DNA of 63,909 bases, counting the filler. It is 6 parts of 6 records of this genome, joined end to end, with 100 filler letters (N's around TTAATTAATTAA, not from the genome) between each part and the next. Parts side by side here need not be neighbours in the genome. Positions count along the whole stretch, not along the records: positions 1 to 14,581 come from SRR2962707_2348; positions 14,682 to 22,090 come from SRR2962707_2350; 4 more parts are not named here. One strand, given 5' to 3'. Below the pieces are notes generated by a model. The model did not search any database. It had not been told where the DNA came from and saw only the letters and a list, made by a program, of their open reading frames with translations. The position numbers were made by a program, and so were the translations under genes. Within the stretch, counting starts at the first letter, position 1; each line of letters begins with the position of its first letter. This document shows positions 11,131 to 19,726 of this stretch, piece by piece.

Positions 11131-11712
11131 ATGCGCAGATACGTTATGCCTCTCATGACCGTGGCACTGGCAAGCGCCGTACTGGCTCCGCTGACCGCGG
11201 GCGCGGCCAACAACCCCAGCGCCCATCAACATGGCCACGCGGAACTCCAGGTAGCCATAGACGCCAACACCGCCGATGTCTTTGTTCGCTCACCCGCATA
11301 CAATCTGCTTGGCTTCGAGCACGAGCCACGCACAGAGCAACAGCATCAGCAACTGGCGGATCTGGAGCAGTGGCTGATGTCGACCCCTCTGATTAACACT
11401 GAGGATGGCAACTGCAACGTGGAAGATGCCAGCTTTCACAGCTCGTGGCCCGAGGCGACCCGCCATCACAGTGACCATGCGCACGAACACCATGACCACG
11501 ATCACGAGGACGGGCAAGCAAACGACCACAGCGATATCGAGATTACCCAATCACTGACCTGTGACGGACTTGCCGATCACCAGACACTGACCACACCGAT
11601 GGTGAAGCACTTTCCGGCACTGGAACACCTGGATGTTCAGTGGATCGGCCCTGAAGGCCAGGGCGCCACAAGACTGGAAGCCGGCGACCAGCAATTCCGG
11701 GTTGGCCGCTGA
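11131..11712 (+). CDS. zrgA: DUF2796/ZrgA family periplasmic zinc-binding protein
   Basis: Signal peptide, AHQHGHA, SPA.NLLGFEH.P, His-rich loop, HSD; Zur box upstream. Confidence 0.85.
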   Translation: MRRYVMPLMTVALASAVLAPLTAGAANNPSAHQHGHAELQVAIDANTADVFVRSPAYNLLGFEHEPRTEQQHQQLADLEQWLMSTPLINTEDGNCNVEDASFHSSWPEATRHHSDHAHEHHDHDHEDGQANDHSDIEITQSLTCDGLADHQTLTTPMVKHFPALEHLDVQWIGPEGQGATRLEAGDQQFRVGR

Positions 11713-11716
11713 ACCG

Positions 11717-12232
11717 TTACTCGGTGTAAGGTTCTACCGACTGCGCCACCATGGAATAGGAGGAAGTGCCGAGATCATTCTCGGTTCGCTCAATCACCAG
11801 TTCCCCCTCGATCCAGACCGGGTCGTATAGAGCCTCCAGGGTAAACCCTTCATGGTATTTTACGTGGATGATCTGGTTTGGGGGTGGTGGCGGCACATGG
11901 ATGCAGGCGCCGTAGTAGGGCACCAGGAAGAACTCGAGAATGCGCATATCGTCCGTGGTTTTCAGAGGTACCACAAAGCCCGGAATCCGGCCCTCGACGT
12001 TGCCCATTTCCGGAACCACCCGCCCGGTCATGATTTCGTCCGGCAACAGGGGCGGGCCATCGCCCTCATGTTCGATTTCCGGCATAGTCTCGAGCAGCGC
12101 CAGATCTTCCGCAGGCATTAACTCAAGCCAGTCGATCTCCCGGGGCTCGGCACGGACCGCCAGGGAAACCAATAACAACAAGCCCAGTCCAAGACAGGCA
12201 AGCAGCTTGCGGGACAGAACATCAGTGAACAT
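11717..12232 (-). CDS. DUF3299 family protein (zrg/PA4066-like)
   Basis: IDW.ELMP, IPGFVVPL, EFFLVPYYGACIHVPPPPPNQI; ATG 12232 preceded by GGAGA. Confidence 0.88.
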   Translation of the reverse strand: MFTDVLSRKLLACLGLGLLLLVSLAVRAEPREIDWLELMPAEDLALLETMPEIEHEGDGPPLLPDEIMTGRVVPEMGNVEGRIPGFVVPLKTTDDMRILEFFLVPYYGACIHVPPPPPNQIIHVKYHEGFTLEALYDPVWIEGELVIERTENDLGTSSYSMVAQSVEPYTE

Positions 12233-12301
12233 CAACACGGGTTCTCCAAAAAACCAGATCAGCAACCGGCGCCATCATACAACGGCGAGCACGATACGGA
12301 T

Positions 12302-13015
12302 ATGAACAGCGAGACACGACAACCGCCGGACAGTTCCCGCCCGGACACTCTGGCCATCCGAACCCGGAATCTGCACTTCCGATGGCAAAACCAGGCTCGG
12401 GAACTGGCCTTCCCCGATATTCAGCTGACACGCGGTGAACACCTGTTCCTGCACGGCCCCAGTGGTACTGGTAAAAGTACGCTATTGGGACTGCTCGCAG
12501 GCATGCACCCGCCCAGTCGTGGCAGCCTTCAGCTGCTGAATCAGGAACTGACCACCATGAAGGCCGGCGCCCGGGATCGACTGCGCGCCGATCATATGGG
12601 CGTCATCTTCCAGCAGTTCAACCTGGTGCCCTATCTGAGCGCTATGACCAATGCACTTTTACCTTGCCGGCTATCAAATCTGCGCCATTCGCGGGCGTTA
12701 CCCTCCGCCACCGAAGCTGCCCAACACCTGCTGACACAACTGGGCATTCCGCAAAGCCACTGGCACCAGGGAGTGACCCGGCTATCGATCGGCCAGCAGC
12801 AGAGGGTGGCTGCCGCCCGCGCGCTGATCGGTGCTCCGGAGATCATTCTTGCAGATGAGCCCACGTCCGCGCTGGATAGCGACAACCGGGACCGCTTTCT
12901 TGAACTACTGCTAACGCTGGCCGAGCGCAGTAACAGCTCGGTTGTATTTGTCAGCCATGATCAGTCACTGGCCGGGCACTTTCATCATCGCATGGCCCTG
13001 GAGGTGGCGCCATGA
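12302..13015 (+). CDS. ABC transporter ATP-binding protein (ZrgB/LolD-like)
   Basis: GPSGTGKST, FQQFNL, LSIGQQQRV, LADEPTSALD, VSHD. Confidence 0.92.
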   Translation: MNSETRQPPDSSRPDTLAIRTRNLHFRWQNQARELAFPDIQLTRGEHLFLHGPSGTGKSTLLGLLAGMHPPSRGSLQLLNQELTTMKAGARDRLRADHMGVIFQQFNLVPYLSAMTNALLPCRLSNLRHSRALPSATEAAQHLLTQLGIPQSHWHQGVTRLSIGQQQRVAAARALIGAPEIILADEPTSALDSDNRDRFLELLLTLAERSNSSVVFVSHDQSLAGHFHHRMALEVAP

Positions 13016-14289
13016 ACAAGCTCAAGCTCACCATCTTCCTGTCCGCCGCCAGCCTGTGGTACCGGCGCCGTGTACTGGCCCTCGTTTGCCTGACCCTGAC
13101 CCTGAGCGTAACCCTGCTGCTTGGCATCCAGTACCTGCGCACAGAAGTCCGACAGTCATTCACCAGCACCATCAGCGGCACCGACCTTATCGTAGGGGCC
13201 CGCAGTGGCCAACTTAATCTGCTGCTTTACACGGTGTTCCACATCGGTGATGCCACCAACAACATTCGCTGGTCCACCTATCAGTCCATGACTGAGGACA
13301 GCCGCATCGACTGGCTGATCCCGATTTCCCTGGGCGACAGCTACCGCGGCTATCGGGTTGTCAGCACCAACGAGCAGTTCCTGGCCCACTTCCACTATGG
13401 CAACGACCAACCGCTGACCCTGGCGAGCGGAGACTGGTTTTCTGACCTGTTTGACGTGGTGATCGGCGCCGGCGTGGCCCGGCAGCTCGATCATGAACTG
13501 AACGACGACCTGGTGCTTTCCCATGGCGGTGGCCGCACCAGCTTCTCGAATCACAAGGACCTGCCATTCCGGGTATCCGGCATTCTCGCGCCAACCGGCA
13601 CGCCCGTCGACCAGGCGGTTTACATCAGCCTTGAAGCCATGGAAGCCATGCATGTGGGCTGGGAATCCGGCGTGGCCATCCCGGGGCGGACCCTGTCGGC
13701 CGACCAGGCACGCAACCGGGACTACACTCCGGATGCCATCACTGCGGTGTTCGTTGGCCTGGACCGCCCGATCCTCACCTTTCAGGTTCAACGGGAGCTG
13801 AACCAGTCCCGCGAGGAACCTCTGTCAGCCATCCTGCCGGGCGTGGCCCTGAGCGAGCTCTGGCGGATGATGGGGCAATTTGAAAAAGCCCTGCTGGGCA
13901 TCAGCGGCTTTGTCGTGATCACCAGCCTGGTGGGACTGATTGCGGTTTTGCTTACCCTGCAAGCCCAGCGGCAACGGGAGATCGCCATTTTGCGGGCGAC
14001 CGGAGCTTCACCAGGGCTGATTGCCGGTCTGTACAGCCTGGAGTGCGTCGGGCTTGCCCTGGCCAGTTGCCTGTTCGCCCTGCTATTCGGCGCTGCGGCC
14101 ATCGCCGGCCTCAGCCCCTGGCTACTGGAACACTACGGACTGCAAATCCGGCTTCGGCCGCTGGCCCGGGAGGAGTGGCTGTTACTGGTGGCAGTGCCGC
14201 TCTCTGCGTTGGCAGTGTCCGCCCTGCCCGCACTGAACACCTGGCGAGCAGGCCGACAACAGGGGTTCGGGGCACAGGATTCCAGCTGA
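13012..14289 (+). CDS. ABC transporter permease (FtsX/MacB type, ZrgC-like)
   Basis: SFTSTISGTDLIVGARSG, PISLGDSYRGYRV, REIAILRA.GA. Confidence 0.9.
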   Translation: MNKLKLTIFLSAASLWYRRRVLALVCLTLTLSVTLLLGIQYLRTEVRQSFTSTISGTDLIVGARSGQLNLLLYTVFHIGDATNNIRWSTYQSMTEDSRIDWLIPISLGDSYRGYRVVSTNEQFLAHFHYGNDQPLTLASGDWFSDLFDVVIGAGVARQLDHELNDDLVLSHGGGRTSFSNHKDLPFRVSGILAPTGTPVDQAVYISLEAMEAMHVGWESGVAIPGRTLSADQARNRDYTPDAITAVFVGLDRPILTFQVQRELNQSREEPLSAILPGVALSELWRMMGQFEKALLGISGFVVITSLVGLIAVLLTLQAQRQREIAILRATGASPGLIAGLYSLECVGLALASCLFALLFGAAAIAGLSPWLLEHYGLQIRLRPLAREEWLLLVAVPLSALAVSALPALNTWRAGRQQGFGAQDSS

Positions 14290-14344
14290 ACTGACGCAAA
14301 AGGTGACAGGCCTCACGGCGGGCACGCCATGACAATGCGGTAAA

Positions 14345-14373
14345 TTGACCGGTCTGGCGCGCGCACTTATAGT
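14345..14373 (+). promoter_or_regulatory. Sigma70-type promoter of the TIGR02449 gene
   Basis: TTGACC-17 nt-TATAGT. Confidence 0.6.
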
Positions 14374-14407
14374 AACTCTCATCAAAATCACCGATGTTGG
14401 GCAGGTC

Positions 14408-14581
14408 ATGGAACAGTCCGAAGTACAGGCATTAGCGGGCAAGCTGGACAAGCTGATCGAGCGCTGCGACAAGCTGGAGAAAGACAACGCCCTGCTAAGG
14501 GAGCTGCAGGACGACTGGAACCGGGAACGGGCCCAGCTAATGCACAAAAACGATCTTGCCAAAAACAAGATTGAAGCCATG
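14408..14581 (+). CDS. TIGR02449 family coiled-coil protein, truncated by contig end
   Basis: MEQSEVQALAGKLDKLIERC..L..DN.LLR....W..ERAQL.HKNDLAK.KIEAM; this family normally lies between ygfB and zapA. Confidence 0.85.
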
Positions 14582-14681
14582 NNNNNNNNNNNNNNNNNNN
14601 NNNNNNNNNNNNNNNNNNNNNNNNNTTAATTAATTAANNNNNNNNNNNNNNNNNNNNNNNNNNNNNNNNNNNNNNNNNNNN
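14582..14681. other. Artificial contig linker
   Basis: N44-TTAATTAATTAA-N44, stops in all six frames. Confidence 0.99.
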
Positions 14682-14747
14682 ACCCAGTCAACCTTTTTCA
14701 GGACGGGTCAAGTCTTTCGATAAGATCAATACTTTATAAATTCGATC

Positions 14748-15467
14748 ATGGAAAAGAAAGACTTCCCCATGAAGGTCACCGAAGAACGGGAGATCAAGCG
14801 CATCACTTTCACGAAGTTCTTCGAGGACCTGTTTAGTGCCTTCAATGTTGAGCGGGGGCTGATCTACACCATCAAAATGTTGTTTTCACGGCCTGGTCAT
14901 CTTATCAATTTGTATTTGAATGACGGGAGGTATCGGATATTCAACTCATTTAGGTTACTATTTCTCACCACCGCTGTATCGCTTTTTGTCTTTTACCTCT
15001 ACTCTTCATCAGCCTTTTTTGACGGCTTCCAATCAGGGTTTATGGAAGGCGCCAATGAAGAGATGAAGCTCCAGACCGGACTATTCCAGGATATCTTTTT
15101 TGACTGGTACAACCTGCTACTTTGGGTGGCTATCCCCATCTATGCCCTTTTTGCCTATTTGTTCAACCGGAAGGCTGGATACAACTTCGCAGAGCACATG
15201 GTTGCCCAAAGCTTCTATTTGTCGGGATCAAATCTGATTTATACGCTATCCATTGTTAATCTCATCATTCCATCGCTCACACTGCTAACCATCATCACGG
15301 TAAGTGCGCTTCTCTATTACTTCTGGATCATTCCTTCGTGGCTAGGTGGCAAAGGTTTTTGGTTCTACTTGAAAAACATCATTGCCTACTTACTGGCCAT
15401 TTTGATATGGTTTATCGTGGTTATCATCATCATCTTCGTGATTATGATCCGGATGAATGCCTTTTAG
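14748..15467 (+). CDS. DUF3667-like membrane protein
   Basis: RIT...FNVERG..YT.K.L..RPG.....YL...R, GYNFAEH; several transmembrane segments. Confidence 0.65.
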   Translation: MEKKDFPMKVTEEREIKRITFTKFFEDLFSAFNVERGLIYTIKMLFSRPGHLINLYLNDGRYRIFNSFRLLFLTTAVSLFVFYLYSSSAFFDGFQSGFMEGANEEMKLQTGLFQDIFFDWYNLLLWVAIPIYALFAYLFNRKAGYNFAEHMVAQSFYLSGSNLIYTLSIVNLIIPSLTLLTIITVSALLYYFWIIPSWLGGKGFWFYLKNIIAYLLAILIWFIVVIIIIFVIMIRMNAF

Positions 15468-15483
15468 GTGGTTAGTGAATTGA

Positions 15484-16443
15484 CTAATTCTCAACTTTCT
15501 CCCATTGTAATCCATCCCAACTCCAGAAGTTAGCCGTTGGTGTAGCCCACCCTGTTCTTCCCCCATAAAGAAATACTTTTTTCATGTTCTCATGATAGAC
15601 CATTCCATAGACTTCCACGGGTTCAGGCCAACTATCTTGCTTTGGAATCTTCCACCAGCGAGTCCCGTCCCATTCCCAAAGGTCATCCAGAATTTGTTCT
15701 TCACCTTTCCCGGCAAAAAGGACTGCACGTTTCCGATTTTTATCATAAGCCATTTGAATATTAGCTCGTGCCGCGGGCCTTTCGGAACCCTGGCCAACCT
15801 CTCTCCACTTTTTACCATCCCACTCCCACATACCATTGTACTTCTCCTTTGTCTCTAAAGAACCTCCAAATACCATGATTTTACCTCTTGTTTCATCAAA
15901 GAACATAGCAGCACGACAAACGCCTACAGGACCCTCCACCTCCTTCTTTGTCCAACCACTTTCATTCAACACCCAAGTATCCGTTGGATAGGTTTTGCCT
16001 CCACACCCACTGAAGAGTACCATCTCCTTCCTGATAGGATCATAGGCCATCGCTGAGGAAAGTCGTTCACCCGGTCCCTCATTGATGGATTCCCAACTGT
16101 TACCATCCCACATCCATACAGTGGATACATTTTCATATTCTGAGTTGATCCCACCTATGCTAATGCATGCTTTCCTGATTGGATCGTAAACGAATGAATG
16201 ACTGCTTACACCTCCGGGATCGCCAGGGTTCACCTGTTTCCAACCCTCAGAATCCCATTCCCAGGTTGAAGGATTCCATGAGTACTTACCAGAGGCGGTG
16301 GTATCATTACCTGAGTGAATCACGATTTTGTTTCTTGCGGCATCATAAGCCATCCCCAGATGATCCCGAGGACCAGGGGATTGAGCCAGCGTAGAAATCA
16401 TGAAAAAGTAGATCGGAGCTGATAGGGCTAATTGATTAATCAT
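15484..16443 (-). CDS. Secreted kelch-type beta-propeller protein
   Basis: About six repeats of M(A/V)YD..R....L(F/Y)(G/S)G......(T/L)WEWDG..W; hydrophobic N-terminus. Confidence 0.85.
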   Translation of the reverse strand: MINQLALSAPIYFFMISTLAQSPGPRDHLGMAYDAARNKIVIHSGNDTTASGKYSWNPSTWEWDSEGWKQVNPGDPGGVSSHSFVYDPIRKACISIGGINSEYENVSTVWMWDGNSWESINEGPGERLSSAMAYDPIRKEMVLFSGCGGKTYPTDTWVLNESGWTKKEVEGPVGVCRAAMFFDETRGKIMVFGGSLETKEKYNGMWEWDGKKWREVGQGSERPAARANIQMAYDKNRKRAVLFAGKGEEQILDDLWEWDGTRWWKIPKQDSWPEPVEVYGMVYHENMKKVFLYGGRTGWATPTANFWSWDGLQWEKVEN

Positions 16444-16532
16444 AAATGAACAGCGCTTGATTGATAAGGATAGACGAGGCTGGCAGTGCTATGTTTAAGA
16501 CTATAGCCAAACAACCTACGGATAATGTCCAA

Positions 16533-16567
16533 CTACTTTCTACTTTCTACTAACTACTAACTACTTT
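16533..16567. repeat. Heptamer tandem repeat (CTACTWW)x5
   Basis: CTACTTT CTACTTT CTACTAA CTACTAA CTACTTT directly after the stop at 16568. Confidence 0.85.
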
Positions 16568-17095
16568 TTATTCACTCCTCTGCACCAAATCAAGGACATC
16601 TTTTTGCTCGCTCAAAGACCGGTTCGCCACTTCGGCATCCGGTGTTTGCTTGGGTACCTCTTTGGTGACATAGACCAGCTGCGGCACTTTCACCACTTTC
16701 TCTTTCCAAAGTGTGTCAGTCTTGATTACTTCTACAGTATCCATCACCATTACTTCCACAATTCGATCCTCGAAAACAGGGATTTCTTTGGTCGGACGAT
16801 ATAGGAAGAAAACCACAATCAAAATAAGTGGCAATACCAAACTGTAGGCCGGGATGGTCTTTTGAAATAGTCCCACCAGACCAGTCGATTCTTTTCTGCG
16901 AAACTCTGCCATCAGCGACTGCTTCACATCGCCCCTCACTTTTAACCTCTCTCCTTTTAACTGCCCCATGCCCATTCGTAAGTCCTCATAGGCCTCCCGG
17001 GTCAAATCCTGCTCCACCAATTGTCGTTCATCTGCCGAAAGCTCTTCATAGCTTTTGGTCATTAGCAGGGCTTCTATTTTTTCAAAGTTTTTCAT
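16568..17095 (-). CDS. Single-pass membrane protein, putative anti-sigma factor
   Basis: Helical N-terminus, one TM (YSLVLPLILIVVFFLY), starts 1 nt after the ECF sigma stop. Confidence 0.65.
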   Translation of the reverse strand: MKNFEKIEALLMTKSYEELSADERQLVEQDLTREAYEDLRMGMGQLKGERLKVRGDVKQSLMAEFRRKESTGLVGLFQKTIPAYSLVLPLILIVVFFLYRPTKEIPVFEDRIVEVMVMDTVEVIKTDTLWKEKVVKVPQLVYVTKEVPKQTPDAEVANRSLSEQKDVLDLVQRSE

Positions 17096-17096
17096 T

Positions 17097-17651
17097 TCAA
17101 TATTTCAATGAAGTTCTCAATTTCTCTTTCATGTAAAACAGGCGCGACTTGATCGTGCCTTCTGACAGATCCAGCATTTCTGCAATGGTCTGTATCGGTA
17201 ATTCTTGCTGATATCTCAACAGAAATATGGTCTTTCTTTCCTCTTCCATTTCATCCAGCAATTCATGGATCTGATCGGTGAGTATGACCTCATCCAATTG
17301 GTGATCCATGGCTCCTGTGTAAGGCTCTTCATTGCCATGAAACTGCTTGTAAGCTTCTTCAAAATCGCGCTTCCGATAAGCATTCTTGCACATATTGGAC
17401 GCGATACGAAACAACCAGGGTTTCACATCATAGCGCGAATCATAGAGTTCAGGTTTGTTGATAAGCTTGGAAAAGAGGTCATGCACAAAATCTTCCGCCA
17501 TCTCCCGATCTGACCAAAGCATTCTGAAAAAGAAGGCGTTCAGACGGTCCGCATAGCGATTGTACAGTAAAGAAAAAGCCTGATGATCCCGGCGTTGGAC
17601 CAGGATCATCAGCTCTTCATCTGACTTCTTTTGATGTTTTGTGAAAAACAT
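17097..17651 (-). CDS. ECF RNA polymerase sigma-70 factor
   Basis: SDEELM, AF..LY.RY, AEDFVHDLF, WLFRIASN, IAE.L.LSEGTIKSRL. Confidence 0.95.
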   Translation of the reverse strand: MFFTKHQKKSDEELMILVQRRDHQAFSLLYNRYADRLNAFFFRMLWSDREMAEDFVHDLFSKLINKPELYDSRYDVKPWLFRIASNMCKNAYRKRDFEEAYKQFHGNEEPYTGAMDHQLDEVILTDQIHELLDEMEEERKTIFLLRYQQELPIQTIAEMLDLSEGTIKSRLFYMKEKLRTSLKY

Positions 17652-19609
17652 TACTCTTCAATTACTTCCATGAACAAGCGGAAACCAACACTTATATCAC
17701 TCTTATCATAAAGGTACTCACTTGTGATCGTTGATTCTTCCGGGGTGTGGTTCCAGCTTCCTCCCATAGCGATTCCATTCTCCTGAACCATCTCAGCGAT
17801 GTTTCCAACCACATCATACAACCCAAATCCGTTGGAGAAGTAGCTGGCAATCGGTGAAGCAAGGGTGAATCCGTCTCCTTTGATTCCACTGCCACAAATG
17901 ATTCCTTCATCTACTTTCACGTTTGCCAGGAAACAATCCTTTTCATTGGTAATGCTGTTTCGAAGGTTCCATGCGCTCAATCCCCAAGGGTAATCGATGG
18001 TGTAATTGGCCAGATCATAAGTAGCACTTTCCTGATTCTTACCCTCTCTTGCTTTGGCTACCACCTTGTTTTCTTTCAGCTTCCATGATTGGAATTCATG
18101 GTATCCTAGCGCAGCAATCATCCATTCGTCTTTTGTGGGTAGTCGGAACACCACCTTCTTGAATTTTCGCTTATCCTGAGCATTGTATTGAACTGTCAAC
18201 CACTCACAGAAAGCTTTGGCAGCATCTTGAGTGATATCCAACACAGGGTAATCAAGGTAGTCACCACCTCTTCGTTTTACCTCAAGCGCTTTGACATTTT
18301 CAGGACTGTACTGATAGTTGTCCAACCACGCATAGGTCACATCATCGTATTTGGAAAGGTCCACCTTGCCCTTTTCGTACAGCTCAGTATACCCATTTGT
18401 TCGGAGATACTCCATGTAGTCCCAGTACTCTCTGTTACTTAGCTCCACTTCCGAAGCATACAGTTCGTTGCGGATCTGCTTCATGTGCTTATCTACCATC
18501 TTCACATCGATCTCAGCGATTTTGAAGGTACGAGGCGCTTTATCTCTGCTAAGCAACAGTTCCACCCGGGTTCGGATCTGAGAATCTTCAGCCAGTGCCA
18601 GAATCTTCTTCTGTAATGATTCGGATCGTTCTGCATCATTCAGGTTGTCATAAAACTCTTTCAAAAGCAGCATGGGTACGATATAGTTGGCCGATAGCAT
18701 ATTGCCCGTTGCTGACTTTGGCTCTCCATTGAAATCAATGGTCAGGTAATCCATGAGGAATTTCTCCTCCATGTTTTCCCGAAGCACCTCAAAGTGGTTG
18801 AAATTAGGTGTTCCGGTAGTGGAAGCCAGCCCAACCACGTATAATCTATTTTCCAGTTGTTGTAATCGTTGGCGTGGCAAGGTCAATGCGTAGTAGATGT
18901 CTGTGCCTTGCTCTTTGTTAAGAAAATCTTCCACAGAACCGCTGAGGTTCTTCTTAGCCAATGTTCGTGTTAAGTAGTCGTCCTGGTTTCTAGCCAGCTC
19001 AAGGTTCAATACGATCACATCTGTTCGTACATTCATGACGTCTTGCAGGATCCAAAGGGGAATGGTTGTGTGTAGTCCATCTGTTATCAACAGTCCTCCT
19101 TCACTCACTGACATGAGTAAATTGTAATTGTAGTTGAGTGTACTTGTGTGTACCAATCCTGCCTCAAAAACCGCATTAGATCTGTTTTTTCGATCCATGC
19201 TTCCTTCGATTTCTGATCGGATCAATTGGTCTTCCAATGTAAAGACTTGCTGATTGTCCAGGCTCAATGCCTTCCCAAGAGAGACTATTCCCTGATCAGT
19301 CCATCCGGCATTTAAAAAGCTGACATAATGATCTACAAAGGTTTCCGGAAACTGCTGAGTGACCTGGCTGGCAATAGTAGCAAGCTGATCTTCAGGCTGG
19401 CCGGCAAAAGCAGCAGCTCTGTAGTAATCCACCCACCCTAGCTGGTCTTTAGGGTTGGTCTCAAGGTAGGCTTTCCAGGATTGAGACAATTCCTGATACC
19501 AGTTGCGAGAGCGCAGTTCCGTAATCTTTGACGGAACTTCTTCGGGTCTGTCCATAGCCGAGATGCTCAAGGCCAGGATCAATGCGAATAATGAGGATAG
19601 TATTTTCAT
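17651..19609 (-). CDS. Exported protein with C-terminal FGE-sulfatase (SUMF1/GldK-like) domain
   Basis: Signal peptide MKILSSLFALILALSISA; EVELSN.EY, YPV..IT...A.AFCEW, FRLPT.DEW, NGFGLYDVVGNIAE, GGSW, VGFR; start moved to ATG 19609. Confidence 0.85.
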   Translation of the reverse strand: MKILSSLFALILALSISAMDRPEEVPSKITELRSRNWYQELSQSWKAYLETNPKDQLGWVDYYRAAAFAGQPEDQLATIASQVTQQFPETFVDHYVSFLNAGWTDQGIVSLGKALSLDNQQVFTLEDQLIRSEIEGSMDRKNRSNAVFEAGLVHTSTLNYNYNLLMSVSEGGLLITDGLHTTIPLWILQDVMNVRTDVIVLNLELARNQDDYLTRTLAKKNLSGSVEDFLNKEQGTDIYYALTLPRQRLQQLENRLYVVGLASTTGTPNFNHFEVLRENMEEKFLMDYLTIDFNGEPKSATGNMLSANYIVPMLLLKEFYDNLNDAERSESLQKKILALAEDSQIRTRVELLLSRDKAPRTFKIAEIDVKMVDKHMKQIRNELYASEVELSNREYWDYMEYLRTNGYTELYEKGKVDLSKYDDVTYAWLDNYQYSPENVKALEVKRRGGDYLDYPVLDITQDAAKAFCEWLTVQYNAQDKRKFKKVVFRLPTKDEWMIAALGYHEFQSWKLKENKVVAKAREGKNQESATYDLANYTIDYPWGLSAWNLRNSITNEKDCFLANVKVDEGIICGSGIKGDGFTLASPIASYFSNGFGLYDVVGNIAEMVQENGIAMGGSWNHTPEESTITSEYLYDKSDISVGFRLFMEVIEE

Positions 19610-19726
19610 GATGTTACGTTTTTGTCGTGTTTGATAAGCCATACACTTCAAACTGACCCAGGTTCAAATGGGAAGGAATTTTTTTTCAAAATCTATGCAG
19701 GAGTACGAAACTCCTTAAATTTAGGT

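Noticed and set aside
14626..14637. TTAATTAATTAA palindrome recurring five times
   Set aside because: Always centred in N-runs of identical length; an assembly linker, not a biological repeat or att site
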